64,000 bases of DNA, taken from NCBI GenBank assembly GCA_039189765.1, contig JBCCYL010000011.1, positions 1 through 64,000 on the forward strand. Reading direction: 5' to 3'. Source of the stretch: Cyanobacteria bacterium P01_F01_bin.150 (GTDB lineage Bacteria; Cyanobacteriota; Cyanobacteriia; CAKZMO01). The notes below the pieces were generated by a model, which ran no database searches, had not been told where the DNA came from, and saw nothing but the letters and a program-made list of their open reading frames with translations. Position 1 is the stretch's first letter. Every line of letters begins with the position of its first letter. The position numbers and the translations under genes are program-made. Positions 51,844-64,000 of the stretch are shown piece by piece.

Positions 51844-51992
51844 TACCTTATGATCCGATATCCTAAAGTATGCGGTTTTGGCCTCTTCTAGTCAGCTTGC
51901 ACCAGATGATCCTTGGTACAAGAGTCGATTACTGAGCTAGATTGTCAATCATAACCTATGGATTCTCAAACACGTTAAAGGTATATCATCAG

Positions 51993-53312
51993 ATGACTGT
52001 AAGTAGAGATAAAGCTCCTACTGCTCAAGAAACATTTATGCAAATGGCCCAAGCGGCTGGATTGCGTGGTCGCATTCTGGTCACTGTAGGCATGTTAATT
52101 CTTGTTAGACTTGGCATTTTTATACCCGTTCCTGGAATTGATCGCCAAGCGTTTCAAAGCGGTTTAGCTTCAAGCGGATTGGGAGGAATTGTAGGGTTCC
52201 TCGACATTTTTTCAGGTGGTGGCCTATCTCTGCTCGGAATTTTTGCGCTAGGCATCCTTCCCTACATTAACGCCTCAATTATTATGCAGCTTCTAACTGC
52301 TGCTTTGCCTAGCCTAGAAGATTTACAGAAGAATGAGGGGGAAGCTGGGCGGCGCAAGATATCTCAGATCACGCGCTATGTTGCACTTGCCTGGGCTTGT
52401 CTGCAAAGTACAGGATTGGCTGTTGCTGTTAATCAATTTGCTGAAAACCCTGGTCCTCAATTCATTATTAGCGTTGTGCTGGCTCTCACGGCTGGCTCAA
52501 TGTTTGTAATGTGGGTGGGTGAGTTAGTGACTGAGAAGGGCATTGGTAATGGAGCGTCACTCCTTATATTTGTCAATATTGTTTCGTCGCTTCCACGGTC
52601 TCTGGGGGACACGATCGATCTGGCCCAGACAGCCGAGCAAAGGAGTATGGTTGGCGGAATCGTGATTCTGCTGCTCGTCTTCTTGGCGATGATTGTCGGT
52701 ATTGTCTTTGTACAAGAAGGAACCCGACGAATTCCTATTGTTTCTGCTAGAAGGCAGGTTGGGCGTCGTAACTATCCTGAGCGCAGTAGCTATTTGCCTC
52801 TTCGCCTCAATCAGGGAGGCGTTATGCCTATCATCTTTGCTACTGCTGTCTTAATTCTTCCGGCATCTCTAACTCAGATATCGGCACTGGCAGAAAATGA
52901 ATTGTTCATCTCTATTGTTGATTCCTTAAGGCCTGGCACTCTGACTTATGTCGTCGTATACCTGACTTTAATTCTTTTCTTCAGCTATTTCTACTCTTCT
53001 CTGGTGGTTAATCCCATTGATATGTCTCAAAATCTGAAGAAGATGGGTTCTAGTATTCCCAGTATTCGTCCTGGCAAGGCGACTAGTGAGTACTTAACTA
53101 AGATTTTGAATAGGCTTACGTTTTTGGGTGCTATCTTCCTTGGCATGGTAGCCATTATTCCGTCTGCAGTGGAAGGCGCAACCAGAGTCACAACATTTCA
53201 GGGTTTAGGAGCAACATCGCTTCTAATTCTTGTTGGCGTTGCAATTGATACTGCCAAGCAGATCCAAACTTACGTTATATCTCAACGTTACGAAGGAATG
53301 GTTAAGCAGTAA
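51993..53312 (+). CDS. secY: Preprotein translocase SecY
   Basis: LGILPYINASII, GIGNGASLLIF, GVMPIIFA. Confidence 0.98.
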   Translation: MTVSRDKAPTAQETFMQMAQAAGLRGRILVTVGMLILVRLGIFIPVPGIDRQAFQSGLASSGLGGIVGFLDIFSGGGLSLLGIFALGILPYINASIIMQLLTAALPSLEDLQKNEGEAGRRKISQITRYVALAWACLQSTGLAVAVNQFAENPGPQFIISVVLALTAGSMFVMWVGELVTEKGIGNGASLLIFVNIVSSLPRSLGDTIDLAQTAEQRSMVGGIVILLLVFLAMIVGIVFVQEGTRRIPIVSARRQVGRRNYPERSSYLPLRLNQGGVMPIIFATAVLILPASLTQISALAENELFISIVDSLRPGTLTYVVVYLTLILFFSYFYSSLVVNPIDMSQNLKKMGSSIPSIRPGKATSEYLTKILNRLTFLGAIFLGMVAIIPSAVEGATRVTTFQGLGATSLLILVGVAIDTAKQIQTYVISQRYEGMVKQ

Positions 53313-53373
53313 AAATGTTGATTCAATTCCCGAGTAGTGAAAGGAGCCAACGCGTAGTTTTCATGGAGGCGAT

Positions 53374-53601
53374 ATGTCTAAGCAGGATTTGATTGAAATG
53401 GAAGGGACGATTACGGAATCGTTACCCAATGCGATGTTTCGAGTGGATTTAGATAATGGGTTTAATGTGCTTGCCCATATCTCTGGAAAGATTCGCCGAA
53501 ACTATATCAAGATTCTACCGGGTGATCGAGTGAAGGTTGAGCTGACACCCTATGACTTGACTAAGGGCCGCATCACATATCGTTTAAGAAATAAAAAATG
53601 A
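53374..53601 (+). CDS. infA: Translation initiation factor IF-1
   Basis: [25 protein letters not shown]. Confidence 0.98.
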   Translation: MSKQDLIEMEGTITESLPNAMFRVDLDNGFNVLAHISGKIRRNYIKILPGDRVKVELTPYDLTKGRITYRLRNKK

Positions 53602-53703
53602 GTCTTGGCGCTGGCAAGTTCGGACTGAATTTGATGGTGTAGAGATAGAAACGTCTCGAATGCTAGGATATATTGCTCTGTTCTTTTTAGTTAAGGGAGT
53701 GTC

Positions 53704-53817
53704 ATGAAGGTTAAACCATCTGTAAGAAAGATGTGTGAAAAATATCGTGTGATTAAGCGGAATGACCAGATAATGGTTATCTGCCCTAATACCAAGCATG
53801 AGCAACGTAAAGGGTAA
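53704..53817 (+). CDS. rpmJ: 50S ribosomal protein L36, divergent (not in the ORF track)
   Basis: Hand translation [37 protein letters not shown]; between infA and rpsM. Confidence 0.9.
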   Translation: MKVKPSVRKMCEKYRVIKRNDQIMVICPNTKHEQRKG

Positions 53818-53877
53818 GGCCAAGAAGGTTCTTTTAAACTAATTTGTAGATTTCTAGAGGATATAGGGAGTTGTTGC

Positions 53878-54258
53878 GTGGCAAGAATTGCAGGGGTAGA
53901 TCTACCCCGTGAGAAGCGAGTAGAGATTGCTTTGACATACATCTATGGGATTGGTCTATCAAGGTCCCAAGAGATTTTGCAGAAAACAGGTGTCAATCCC
54001 GACACTCGGGCTAAAGATTTATCTGATGCTGATATCGTTGCGTTAAGGAAGATTGTCGAGGGAGATTACCAGGTAGAAGGTGATCTTCGCAGATGGGAAT
54101 CTTTTAACATCAAACGATTAATGGATATTGGTGCATATCGTGGACGCCGTCATCGCATGGGGCTACCCGTAAGGGGGCAACGTACCCGAACTAATGCCAG
54201 GACTAGGCGAAGCGGTAAGCGAACTATTGCTGGAAAAAAGAAAGCGCCCAGGAAGTGA
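53878..54258 (+). CDS. rpsM: 30S ribosomal protein S13
   Basis: [24 protein letters not shown]. Confidence 0.98.
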   Translation: MARIAGVDLPREKRVEIALTYIYGIGLSRSQEILQKTGVNPDTRAKDLSDADIVALRKIVEGDYQVEGDLRRWESFNIKRLMDIGAYRGRRHRMGLPVRGQRTRTNARTRRSGKRTIAGKKKAPRK

Positions 54259-54358
54259 TAAATATCTATTCCAGCGTATGCTTTCGTTACTCCATGATTT
54301 TTCAGTAGTGGCAAAGGGCAGGAAACAAAAGATTTTACAGAGTCAATAGGCGAAATAC

Positions 54359-54754
54359 ATGGCAAAGCAACCGACACGAAAGACTGGACCAAGGAAGCAG
54401 AAAAAGAACATTCCTAGTGGTGTTGCCCACATCCGTTCTACCTTCAACAACACTATTGTTACAATCTCTGATGTTGGCGGAGAAGCTGTTTCTTGGGCAT
54501 CTGCTGGTTCCAGTGGTTTCAAAGGCGCGAAGAAAGGAACTCCATTTGCGGCTCAAACAGCGGCTGAGAGCGCAGCAAGGCGAGCCATCGATCAAGGCAT
54601 GCGACAGGTTGAGGTTATGGTAAGTGGACCAGGTGCCGGTCGAGAGACCGCAATTAGGGCACTACAGGGAGCTGGTTTAGAAATAACGCTCATTCGAGAC
54701 GTTACACCAATCCCGCACAACGGTTGTCGCCCTCCGAAACGCAGGCGTGTTTAA
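54359..54754 (+). CDS. rpsK: 30S ribosomal protein S11
   Basis: [20 protein letters not shown]. Confidence 0.98.
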   Translation: MAKQPTRKTGPRKQKKNIPSGVAHIRSTFNNTIVTISDVGGEAVSWASAGSSGFKGAKKGTPFAAQTAAESAARRAIDQGMRQVEVMVSGPGAGRETAIRALQGAGLEITLIRDVTPIPHNGCRPPKRRRV

Positions 54755-54858
54755 GTTTGGTGTAGTGAAAAAATCAATTTTTTCACGGAAATAGCTGGCG
54801 CATGTTTGAAAATTACCATCATTCTGCTACTTGAATGGATTTAGAGGAAAGGCAAGTA

Positions 54859-55806
54859 ATGACACAGTTTCAAGTTGAATGCATAGAGTCTGATACTGGC
54901 GAAGATCATAGTCTGTACGGAAAATTTGTTATGGAACCCTTGGAGAGAGGCCAAGGGATAACAGTGGGAAATGCGTTGCGAAGAGTTTTGCTCTCCAACT
55001 TGCCTGGGACGTCTATTACATCCGTTCGGATAGCAGGTGTGACACATGAATTTGCTACTATTCCAGGAGTTCGTGAGGACGTTCTTGATATTCTTTTGAA
55101 TATGAAGGACATTGCGTTGAGAAGCTACTCTCCCCAGCCCCAGATTGGTCGTCTGCTGGTGCAGGGGCCGACATCTGTCACGGCTGGACACCTAGACTTA
55201 TCGGCGGATGTCGAGGTTGTTAATCCCTCTCACTATATTGCTACTGTTTCTGCTGGAGCGACCCTGGAAATGGAGTTTCGCATTGAGACAGGTACGGGAT
55301 ATCGAGCGGTAGAAAGAGGCCGGGACGAGGCGGCCGCGTTAGATTTTCTGCAAATTGATGCGGTGTTCATGCCCGTTCGTAAGGTCCATTATTCCGTTGA
55401 ATCTACCCGAATTGGAGGTTCAGCAGAACAAGATCGGTTGATCATGGAATTATGGACAGATGGCAGTCTTCCTCCCCAGGATGCAATTAGTCAGGCTGCA
55501 AGTATTCTTGTAGATCTCTTCAATCCGCTCAAGGATGTCACAATTGTTCCTATTGAGGACGGAGAAGTTCCGGAAGAGAATCCTGAGAGCCAGATTCCTA
55601 TTGAAGAGTTACAGCTCTCTGTACGGGCTTACAATTGCCTAAAACGTGCTCAAATCAATTCAGTTGCCGACCTTCTTGATTACACACAGGAAGATCTGCT
55701 TGAAATTAAGAACTTTGGTGCCAAATCTGCTGAGGAGGTCATTGAAGCCCTACAGGATCGCCTTGGCATTACGTTGCCCCATGAAAAGTCTGCAAAATCT
55801 GGCTAG
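54859..55806 (+). CDS. rpoA: RNA polymerase alpha subunit
   Basis: [26 protein letters not shown]. Confidence 0.98.
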   Translation: MTQFQVECIESDTGEDHSLYGKFVMEPLERGQGITVGNALRRVLLSNLPGTSITSVRIAGVTHEFATIPGVREDVLDILLNMKDIALRSYSPQPQIGRLLVQGPTSVTAGHLDLSADVEVVNPSHYIATVSAGATLEMEFRIETGTGYRAVERGRDEAAALDFLQIDAVFMPVRKVHYSVESTRIGGSAEQDRLIMELWTDGSLPPQDAISQAASILVDLFNPLKDVTIVPIEDGEVPEENPESQIPIEELQLSVRAYNCLKRAQINSVADLLDYTQEDLLEIKNFGAKSAEEVIEALQDRLGITLPHEKSAKSG

Positions 55807-55865
55807 ATGCAGCCTTAACAAGCTTTAATTTTGAATATCTGCAAGAATTTTATTTTAAGGACACT

Positions 55866-56216
55866 ATGCGCCATCGTCGTCGAGTTCATCAATTAGGTCG
55901 GCCTGCTGACCAACGCCGTGCTTTACTGAGGACATTAACAACTCAGCTTATTCGTCACGGTAGCATTACCATCACGAAGGCTCGGGCTAAAGCCGTTCGA
56001 GAAGAGGCTGAGCGAATGATTACCTTAGCAAAGGACGGGTCTCTTGCGGCTCGTCGTAGAGCATTAGGGTACATGTATGACAAGGACTTAGTTCATTCCT
56101 TATTTGAGGGCGCTACTGAGCGATATGGCGATCGCAACGGTGGATATACTCGCATTTCTCGAACAGTACGTCGACGAGGCGACAGTGCAGAGATGGCGAT
56201 TATTGAACTGCTCTAG
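55866..56216 (+). CDS. rplQ: 50S ribosomal protein L17
   Basis: [16 protein letters not shown]. Confidence 0.97.
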   Translation: MRHRRRVHQLGRPADQRRALLRTLTTQLIRHGSITITKARAKAVREEAERMITLAKDGSLAARRRALGYMYDKDLVHSLFEGATERYGDRNGGYTRISRTVRRRGDSAEMAIIELL

Positions 56217-56296
56217 AACAATTCAATAATTGCAACAGGCATTTAAGCAGGAATAGTTCATTGGTCGATCCTTAGTTCTTTGCGTGTGTTATTTCA

Positions 56297-57151
56297 ATGC
56301 AGCAGTCTCATTCCCATGATAAAGATGGCGATGGCAATTTCCATAGAGTTGCTCTATTGGTTCAATACATTGGCACTCACTATCACGGATGGCAACGTCA
56401 ACCTAATCATTCTTCTGTACAGGAAGAGATAGAGGGTGTTATTGAGGATGTGTTAGGGTATTCTACTGTTTTACATGGTGCTGGGCGAACTGATTCTGGG
56501 GTTCATGCCGCTGCACAGGTTGCCCATTTCGATGCTCCCGATCATATTCCTGCGTACAGGTGGGCGGACATTTTGAGTCATCGACTACCCAATGATATTG
56601 TTGTTCGACAGTCCGTTCAGGTCAGTGCTGGATGGCATGCCCGTTTTTCAGCAATCTGGAGACGTTATCGGTACACGATTTACACCGCAGTGCGGCCTAA
56701 CCTATTTGTACGGCCATTCACTTGGCACTACTATCATGCCCAACTTGATGAGGCTGTCATGCAGCGATCGCTAGAGCCACTTTTGGGTAGGCATCACCTT
56801 GAAGCGTTTCATCGTGCTGGGTCTAGCCGTTCTCATTCCTGGGTTGATGTTCAAGAGCTTAGCTGTGAGCGTAATGGAGCATTTCTGCATATCGAGGTTC
56901 AAGCGAGTGGATTTCTATATGGAATGATGAGGCTTTTAACGGGGCTTTTGGTGGAGGTGGGAAGGGGATATAGGACGCCAAGATCGTTCACTGAGATATG
57001 GCAATCGGGAGATCGCAGTCGAGTGCGATATGCAGCTCCACCGCAAGGGTTGTGTCTATTGAAAGTTGGTTATGATGACATGCCTTTCGAAAGTTCTCTT
57101 TGGTACGATGCTCAACCAACCTATATGTTTTCAACGCAGGTATGTTCTTGA
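56297..57151 (+). CDS. truA: tRNA pseudouridine(38-40) synthase
   Basis: GWQRQ, AGRTDSGVHA, GFLYGMMR. Confidence 0.96.
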   Translation: MQQSHSHDKDGDGNFHRVALLVQYIGTHYHGWQRQPNHSSVQEEIEGVIEDVLGYSTVLHGAGRTDSGVHAAAQVAHFDAPDHIPAYRWADILSHRLPNDIVVRQSVQVSAGWHARFSAIWRRYRYTIYTAVRPNLFVRPFTWHYYHAQLDEAVMQRSLEPLLGRHHLEAFHRAGSSRSHSWVDVQELSCERNGAFLHIEVQASGFLYGMMRLLTGLLVEVGRGYRTPRSFTEIWQSGDRSRVRYAAPPQGLCLLKVGYDDMPFESSLWYDAQPTYMFSTQVCS

Positions 57152-57255
57152 GGAAGAAGCTTTTGATGACTCGATTGCCTGTGTGATTAAGTTCGTTTGA
57201 TGATTTGGGCTGTATACGTTTTGTTAAAGTGTGAATGGATTGAGGATTAGAGACC

Positions 57256-57711
57256 ATGATTAAAACTTTTGTACCATCAAAGAAAGCCATAGAGCAGGCG
57301 TGGTACGTCGTTGATGCTCAAGATCAGCGTTTGGGTAGGCTTGCTACGGAGATCGCTATGATACTAAGGGGAAAAAATAAGCCTATTTATTCCCCTCACA
57401 TGGACACTGGCGATTTTGTCATTGTTATCAATGCTGATAAGGTTGATGTCACAGGACGTAAGCGCTCTCAGAAACTGTACCGCCGTCATTCAGGTCGCCC
57501 CGGCGGAATGAAGGTTGAGACATTTGACAAGTTACAGAGCCGCATTCCAGAACGTATCATCGAAAAAGCAGTTAAAGGGATGTTGCCTAAGAATGCATTG
57601 GGACGTCAGCTTTTTAGGAAGTTGAAGGTTTATGCTGGTCCAAATCACCCTCACCAGGCTCAGAAGCCTCAAGTGCTTGAAATTCAAACAATTCCAGGAG
57701 GTCAAGGTTAA
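57256..57711 (+). CDS. rplM: 50S ribosomal protein L13
   Basis: WYVVDA, LGRLA, GMLPKN. Confidence 0.98.
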   Translation: MIKTFVPSKKAIEQAWYVVDAQDQRLGRLATEIAMILRGKNKPIYSPHMDTGDFVIVINADKVDVTGRKRSQKLYRRHSGRPGGMKVETFDKLQSRIPERIIEKAVKGMLPKNALGRQLFRKLKVYAGPNHPHQAQKPQVLEIQTIPGGQG

Positions 57712-58121
57712 TGTCAGATGGAAATAATAACCAGGTAGTGTACTGGGGGACAGGACGGCGTAAATCTTCTGTTGCCCGCGTTAGGCTGGTACCTGGAAAT
57801 GGTCAGTTGGTCATCAACGGTCGCAACGGAGAAAATTACTTACAATATAACCCTGGCTATTTGTCTGCGGCTAAGGCTCCTTTGGAGACCCTCGGTCTTG
57901 AGGCTGAGTATGACATTTTAGTCAATGTTCATGGTGGAGGTCTAACTGGGCAGGCTGATTCTATCCGCTTGGGCGTTGCGCGGGCACTATGCGAACTTGA
58001 TCCGGAAAATCGTAAGCCATTGAAGAGTGAAGGCTATTTGACACGCGATCCACGTTCTAAGGAGCGGAAGAAGTATGGATTGCATAAAGCACGTAAAGCT
58101 CCCCAATACTCTAAGCGCTAA
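57711..58121 (+). CDS. rpsI: 30S ribosomal protein S9
   Basis: GTGRRK, PQYSKR. Confidence 0.98.
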   Translation: MSDGNNNQVVYWGTGRRKSSVARVRLVPGNGQLVINGRNGENYLQYNPGYLSAAKAPLETLGLEAEYDILVNVHGGGLTGQADSIRLGVARALCELDPENRKPLKSEGYLTRDPRSKERKKYGLHKARKAPQYSKR

Positions 58122-58207
58122 AGCTTTTACGTTTTTTATTATCCATCTTGGAAATCAACAGTTTCCAGATTTTATTGCATTCAATCGCTTTTATTAAGGT
58201 TATAAAA

Positions 58208-58432
58208 ATGCCGAAAGAAGGACTTCATCCAGAATGGTACCCCGAAGCTAAAGTATTTTGCAACGGGGAGTTAGTTGCGACTATGGGTTCAACAAAGCCA
58301 GAGCTTCATGTCGATGTGTGGTCTGGAAATCACCCTTTCTACACAGGAACCCAGCGTATTATGGATACAGAAGGTCGCGTTGAACGATTCTTGAGAAAGT
58401 ATGGAATGTCAGATACTACGGGATCAAAGTAA
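58208..58432 (+). CDS. rpmE: 50S ribosomal protein L31
   Basis: HPEWYP, HPFYTG, GRVERF. Confidence 0.96.
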   Translation: MPKEGLHPEWYPEAKVFCNGELVATMGSTKPELHVDVWSGNHPFYTGTQRIMDTEGRVERFLRKYGMSDTTGSK

Positions 58433-58492
58433 AGTTGACATCCAATACTGCGCTTTGATTTGACAGAAATGGGATCGGGACGAAATGTGTAG

Positions 58493-59617
<1,125 letters not shown>

Positions 59618-59756
59618 TTTTTTGGGGATGTGTCAAAGCCGCGCCCCCAAAACGTTATCTCGGTCTTCTTAAATTTTTATTTCTAAGTAGGCTATTAAAG
59701 TCATGACCAATATGCCAAGTGAAAGTACAATATCTTTGTCCTAGATTGGTAGTCTC

Positions 59757-61058
59757 ATGGCGCGTTTCTTGCATGTTGCTGATGTTCATCTGGGATTCGA
59801 TCGCTACAACAATCGAATCCGTAGTCAAGACTTTTTCAAAGCCTTTTACGATTTACTCAAAATATACGCAGTTGATCGAAAAGTAGATTTTGTGTTGATT
59901 GCTGGTGATCTATTTGAACATCGCAATATAAAGCCCGCTACTCTCAATCAGGCTCAAGTGTGTTTGAATTTACTAGCTGAAGCTAAAATCCCAGTGATTG
60001 CCATTGAGGGTAATCATGATAATCGGCCTTACGGGACTAAAACGAGTTGGCTGCGTTACTTAGCAGATTGGGGATCACTTATCTTTCTTGAACCGGACAG
60101 CCAGGATAATGGTACTGTCTTTCTATCGCCGTGGGATTTGGACAGCCGATTTGGTGGCTATATTGACTTAGACTGTGGCGTGAGAGTTATTGGAACACAC
60201 TGGTATGGTGCAGTTGCGCCTCAAGCGATTAAGCAAATTGCTGTGGCGATGAATGCTCTACCTTCTGGTCCACCTTATACTGTTACGATGTTACATCACG
60301 GCCTTGAAGGGCATGTCGCACGGTATGCAGGCGCATTACGCTATGAGGAGCTGCTACCGTTACGAGACGCAGGAACTGATTATTTAGCCCTAGGCCATAT
60401 TCACAAAAACTACAGTGTGGAAAACTGGATCTTTAATCCTGGTTCCATAGAGGCAAATAGTATTGAAGAGAGCAAATATAACAGAGGCATTTATCTAGTT
60501 ACCCTGAACGATCTCCCCAATGAAAAAGGGGTAGAAGCAATTTTTTGCCAAGATTATTGTCAACGTTCTATTGTGCGATTGCATCTTAAACTTAAAGGAC
60601 ATGAGCTAGTTGATATGGTTGAGTCGGCGGCTTTGTCAATGGTAAAACAGGCAATTTCAGAGAAAAAGATCGATCCCAAAGAGGAGCCGATTGTAGAGCT
60701 CAGAATTACAGGCCGGATTGGATTTGAGCGGTCAGATCTGGATACTCGACCGCTACAGCTCCTCCTCCAAAAGGTTAGCAATGCTTTGATCTTTTTGCTT
60801 CGCTACGATGTCAACACCATCAACTATCAATCCCCTTTGCCTGAAGAAGAGAATCGGATACATATTGAGACAGATGTATATGCCGATCTCATTGCCGGTC
60901 ATGCCAAATATCGTAACCAGACTGAACTTCTTGCGAAATCGCTTTGTCAACTCAAAGAACTGCATTTTCAGCAAGAATCAGAGCCTGCCTTATATCAATT
61001 TGTTAGTCAGCTTTTACATCAAACGATTAAGGATCCATTATCTCATACCCAGAAATAA
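59757..61058 (+). CDS. SbcD/Mre11-like metallophosphoesterase nuclease
   Basis: ADVHLG, AGDLF, GNHD, LGHIH motifs. Confidence 0.88.
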   Translation: MARFLHVADVHLGFDRYNNRIRSQDFFKAFYDLLKIYAVDRKVDFVLIAGDLFEHRNIKPATLNQAQVCLNLLAEAKIPVIAIEGNHDNRPYGTKTSWLRYLADWGSLIFLEPDSQDNGTVFLSPWDLDSRFGGYIDLDCGVRVIGTHWYGAVAPQAIKQIAVAMNALPSGPPYTVTMLHHGLEGHVARYAGALRYEELLPLRDAGTDYLALGHIHKNYSVENWIFNPGSIEANSIEESKYNRGIYLVTLNDLPNEKGVEAIFCQDYCQRSIVRLHLKLKGHELVDMVESAALSMVKQAISEKKIDPKEEPIVELRITGRIGFERSDLDTRPLQLLLQKVSNALIFLLRYDVNTINYQSPLPEEENRIHIETDVYADLIAGHAKYRNQTELLAKSLCQLKELHFQQESEPALYQFVSQLLHQTIKDPLSHTQK

Positions 61059-61312
61059 GTTGGGATTGGGAGATTGCTGCGTTCCTGCTTGGGGTTTAAG
61101 ACAGAGCCTTGTAATATTTTTTGCATCAGCATCTTTGGCAGATTCTCCTTTAGTGGAATTTAAGCCTTATTAATCAAGATGAATTATGAAGAAAACAGAA
61201 AATTTGTTAAGCTTGGGTTGAATTTATGCCTTGGCTGCTAAAACTGCACGATATGGCTGTAGGCGTAACATTCAATCGGTTTAATGTTTGACGCATAGGG
61301 AAGAGATTTATT

Positions 61313-63025
61313 ATGTTGCGCCTGGAACATGTCAGCAAGATGTATCCCACTGGTGAAGTTCTTAAGGATATTAATTGGGAAGTTAAACCTGGGGATCGAA
61401 TTGGCCTAGTGGGTATGAATGGCGCTGGCAAATCCACGCAGCTCAAACTGATTGCAGGCAAAGATGAACCCACCTCTGGGACGATTGTGCGCCCTAATAG
61501 CTTGAATATTGCTTATCTGACCCAAGAATTTGAGGTTGATCCTCGGCGCACTGTACGTGAGGAATTTTGGACTGTCTTTGAAGACGCGAATGAAATTCAG
61601 AATGCGATCGCTGACACTCAAATCAAAATGGAAACGGCTGATCCCAGTAAGCTGGAAAGTCTCATTCATGATCTGGATCGACATCAACGAAACTTTGAAG
61701 CTCTAGATGGCTATGGTTTAGAATCCCGCATTGAAAAAATCTTACCGGAAGTTGGCTTTGATAAAGACGATGGAGATCGCCTGGTGAGTGCGTTTAGCGG
61801 TGGTTGGCAGATGCGTATGAGTCTGGGTAAGATTCTTTTACAGGCCCCTGACTTGTTACTGCTGGACGAGCCAACTAACCACTTAGATTTAGAGACGATT
61901 GAATGGTTAGAGGCCTACCTCAAGGGCCTAACGACTCCAATGGTAATTGTGTCCCATGACCGGGAATTTTTAGACCGACTCTGCACTCAAATTGTGGAAA
62001 CTGAACGAGGAGTTTCAACATCATATTTGGGCAACTACACGGCCTACTTAACTCAAAAAGCCGAAACGCAACAGGCTCAACAGGCAGCGTTTGAACGTCA
62101 GCAAAAAGAATTAGATAAACAGCAAGCCTTTGTCGACCGTTTTCGGGCCAGCGCTACTCGCAGTACTCAAGCGAAAAGCCGAGAACGCCAACTGGACAAA
62201 ATAGAACGTATTGAGGCTCCCACGGGCAATGTTAGATCCCTTGATTTTCGATTTCCTGATGCTCCCCGTAGTGGGCGAGAAGTAGTACAAATTAGCGATC
62301 TCACTCATTTTTATAACGACAATATTCTATTCCTCGGAGCAGAGTTGCTGATTGAAAGAGGCGATCGCATTGCCTTTTTGGGACCCAACGGTTCCGGCAA
62401 ATCAACGTTGCTCAAGATTATCATGGGTCTAGAACAACCATCAGAGGGAATGGCTAAGCTAGGCGAGCACAGCGTGATCCCTGGTTACTTTGAACAAAAT
62501 CAGGCTGAAGCCCTTTCACTACAAAAAAACGTTATGGACACTATTCATGACGAAGTGCCGGACTGGAAAGATGAAGAAGTTCGTACTCTGCTTGGAAAAT
62601 TTTTGTTCAGCAAAGATACTGTATTCAAGAAAGTTGAAACTCTAAGTGGTGGTGAAAAAGCCCGATTAGCTTTAGCGAAGATGCTATTACAACCTGTAAA
62701 TGTTTTAATTCTGGACGAGCCTACAAATCATTTAGATATTCCTGCAAAAGAAATGCTGGAGTCAGCTCTCCAGCAGTATGAAGGGACGGTTTTAGTGGTG
62801 TCCCACGATCGCTACTTTATCTCTAAAGTCGCTAATAAAATCGTCGAGTTAAAAGATGGCGAACTGCGACTCTATCGGGGTGACTATCACTACTATCTTG
62901 ATAAGATTGCTGAGGAGAAGGAGAAAGCCAGATTAGCGGAAGAGCAGGCTAAAAGGGCCGCTAAAGCAGCCGCAAAACGCGAAAAACAGCGTAATAAAAA
63001 AAGAGAAAAGGCAAAGAAAAAATAA
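61313..63025 (+). CDS. ABC-F family ATPase
   Basis: Two NBDs (GMNGAGKST, GPNGSGKST; LDEPTNHLD x2), no TM segments. Confidence 0.93.
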   Translation: MLRLEHVSKMYPTGEVLKDINWEVKPGDRIGLVGMNGAGKSTQLKLIAGKDEPTSGTIVRPNSLNIAYLTQEFEVDPRRTVREEFWTVFEDANEIQNAIADTQIKMETADPSKLESLIHDLDRHQRNFEALDGYGLESRIEKILPEVGFDKDDGDRLVSAFSGGWQMRMSLGKILLQAPDLLLLDEPTNHLDLETIEWLEAYLKGLTTPMVIVSHDREFLDRLCTQIVETERGVSTSYLGNYTAYLTQKAETQQAQQAAFERQQKELDKQQAFVDRFRASATRSTQAKSRERQLDKIERIEAPTGNVRSLDFRFPDAPRSGREVVQISDLTHFYNDNILFLGAELLIERGDRIAFLGPNGSGKSTLLKIIMGLEQPSEGMAKLGEHSVIPGYFEQNQAEALSLQKNVMDTIHDEVPDWKDEEVRTLLGKFLFSKDTVFKKVETLSGGEKARLALAKMLLQPVNVLILDEPTNHLDIPAKEMLESALQQYEGTVLVVSHDRYFISKVANKIVELKDGELRLYRGDYHYYLDKIAEEKEKARLAEEQAKRAAKAAAKREKQRNKKREKAKKK

Positions 63026-63356
63026 CACATTAATGATTAGATACCACGGTTTGATACACTAGTCTTAAGATTGTGTAAAAAAGACAGAATATTGTTCTAG
63101 TTGGCCATTAAAAGAATGGTAGGTAAAACTATCTACCAGCTACCAGGGGCAAAAATTTTAATTTAATCTAGCAGAGTCTACGAATCATGTTCATAGCATT
63201 CTACTTTAAGAGTCCTGTGATGTGAATATCCTGCTTTATGAATGGATTAGGTACAACGTTCCTCAGGAAGCCCGTTTGGGCCAATTCATTCCAAGAGAAT
63301 ATCTTGGATATCAAGTTTATTATTGCCGAGAAATTAATTAGAGAAGGGCTACTTTC

Positions 63357-64000
63357 ATGACACAGGGGCCAGTTTCTCCAGTAGTGTTAGTCATACTCGA
63401 TGGTTGGGGATATCGTGAAAATCCTCAAGCAAATGCGGTTGCTTCTGCGAAAACCCCAGTAATGGACAGCTTATGGGCTGCCTATCCCAGCACTTTAATC
63501 AAAACATCTGGTAAAGATGTCGGGTTACCTCATGGTCAAATGGGTAATTCTGAGGTGGGTCATTTAAATATTGGAGCGGGGCGCGTAGTCCCTCAAGAAT
63601 TAGTTCGCATATCTGATGCCGTAGAAGACGGTACGCTTCTTCAAAATGAAGAGCTGGTTCGTCTATGTGAGTCTGTTCACTCCTCTCAGGGATCACTGCA
63701 TATTGTGGGGCTTTGTTCTAAAGGTGGTGTCCATGCTCATCTTAATCACTTGTTTGGGCTGCTTGATCTAGCCAAAGCTCAAAATCTTGAAGATGTCTGT
63801 ATTCATGCCATCACAGATGGACGAGATACAAAGCCTAAAGATGCGGTACTTGCTCTACAAGAAATTGAAGACTACATCGATGAAGTAGGAATCGGTCGGA
63901 TTTCTACCATCAGTGGTCGTTACTATGCGATGGACCGCGATCGCCGCTGGAATCGCACTCAAAAGAGCTACGACGTGATGACGACTGAAGAGGATGGCGA
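63357..64000 (+). CDS. gpmI: 2,3-BPG-independent phosphoglycerate mutase (runs off the window)
   Basis: Hand translation MTQGPVSPVVLVILDGWG...GQMGNSEVGH...DGRDT...GRYYAMDRD. Confidence 0.95.
   Translation, partial: MTQGPVSPVVLVILDGWGYRENPQANAVASAKTPVMDSLWAAYPSTLIKTSGKDVGLPHGQMGNSEVGHLNIGAGRVVPQELVRISDAVEDGTLLQNEELVRLCESVHSSQGSLHIVGLCSKGGVHAHLNHLFGLLDLAKAQNLEDVCIHAITDGRDTKPKDAVLALQEIEDYIDEVGIGRISTISGRYYAMDRDRRWNRTQKSYDVMTTEEDG

Overview
Cyanobacterial chromosomal DNA, shown by abundant HIP1 GCGATCGC octamers, ndhN, an rbp gene, Uma2 genes and cyanobacterial ribosomal-protein gene order. The left ~42 kb is mixed housekeeping and accessory DNA: DUF3318 protein, a PstS-like/TM/TPR fusion, a GAF-GAF-PAS adenylate cyclase, ppx, lemA-htpX, a TPP-riboswitch-controlled SSS transporter, CHAT-CHASE2, an atypical LeuB paralogue (HphB-like), two Uma2 genes, a HerA-like ATPase, an AT-rich three-gene oxidoreductase cassette, cry-DASH, ftsX, ilvE, REC-GGDEF-EAL, CDF and split GDT1 transporters, rbp, nadC and ndhN. 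The right ~22 kb is the rplC-to-prfA ribosomal supercluster followed by an sbcD-like gene, an ABC-F gene and the start of gpmI. The most striking signal is an unannotated ~315-nt minus-strand structured RNA at about 10342-10656. It has two tandem tRNA-mimic modules in circularly permuted order (T-arm, closed acceptor stem, D-arm; YrlA/Y-RNA-like) and a possible pseudoknot. It lies directly downstream of a truncated uncharacterised gene and lemA-htpX, ends in an intrinsic terminator, and has no Ro60/TROVE gene in the window. Other oddities: adk is missing from secY-infA, rpmJ has lost a zinc ligand, the HphB-like gene is an orphan, and there is a structured-leader small-ORF unit at about 27.8-28.4 kb. 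All family assignments come from motif recognition and recollection; no database searches were run.
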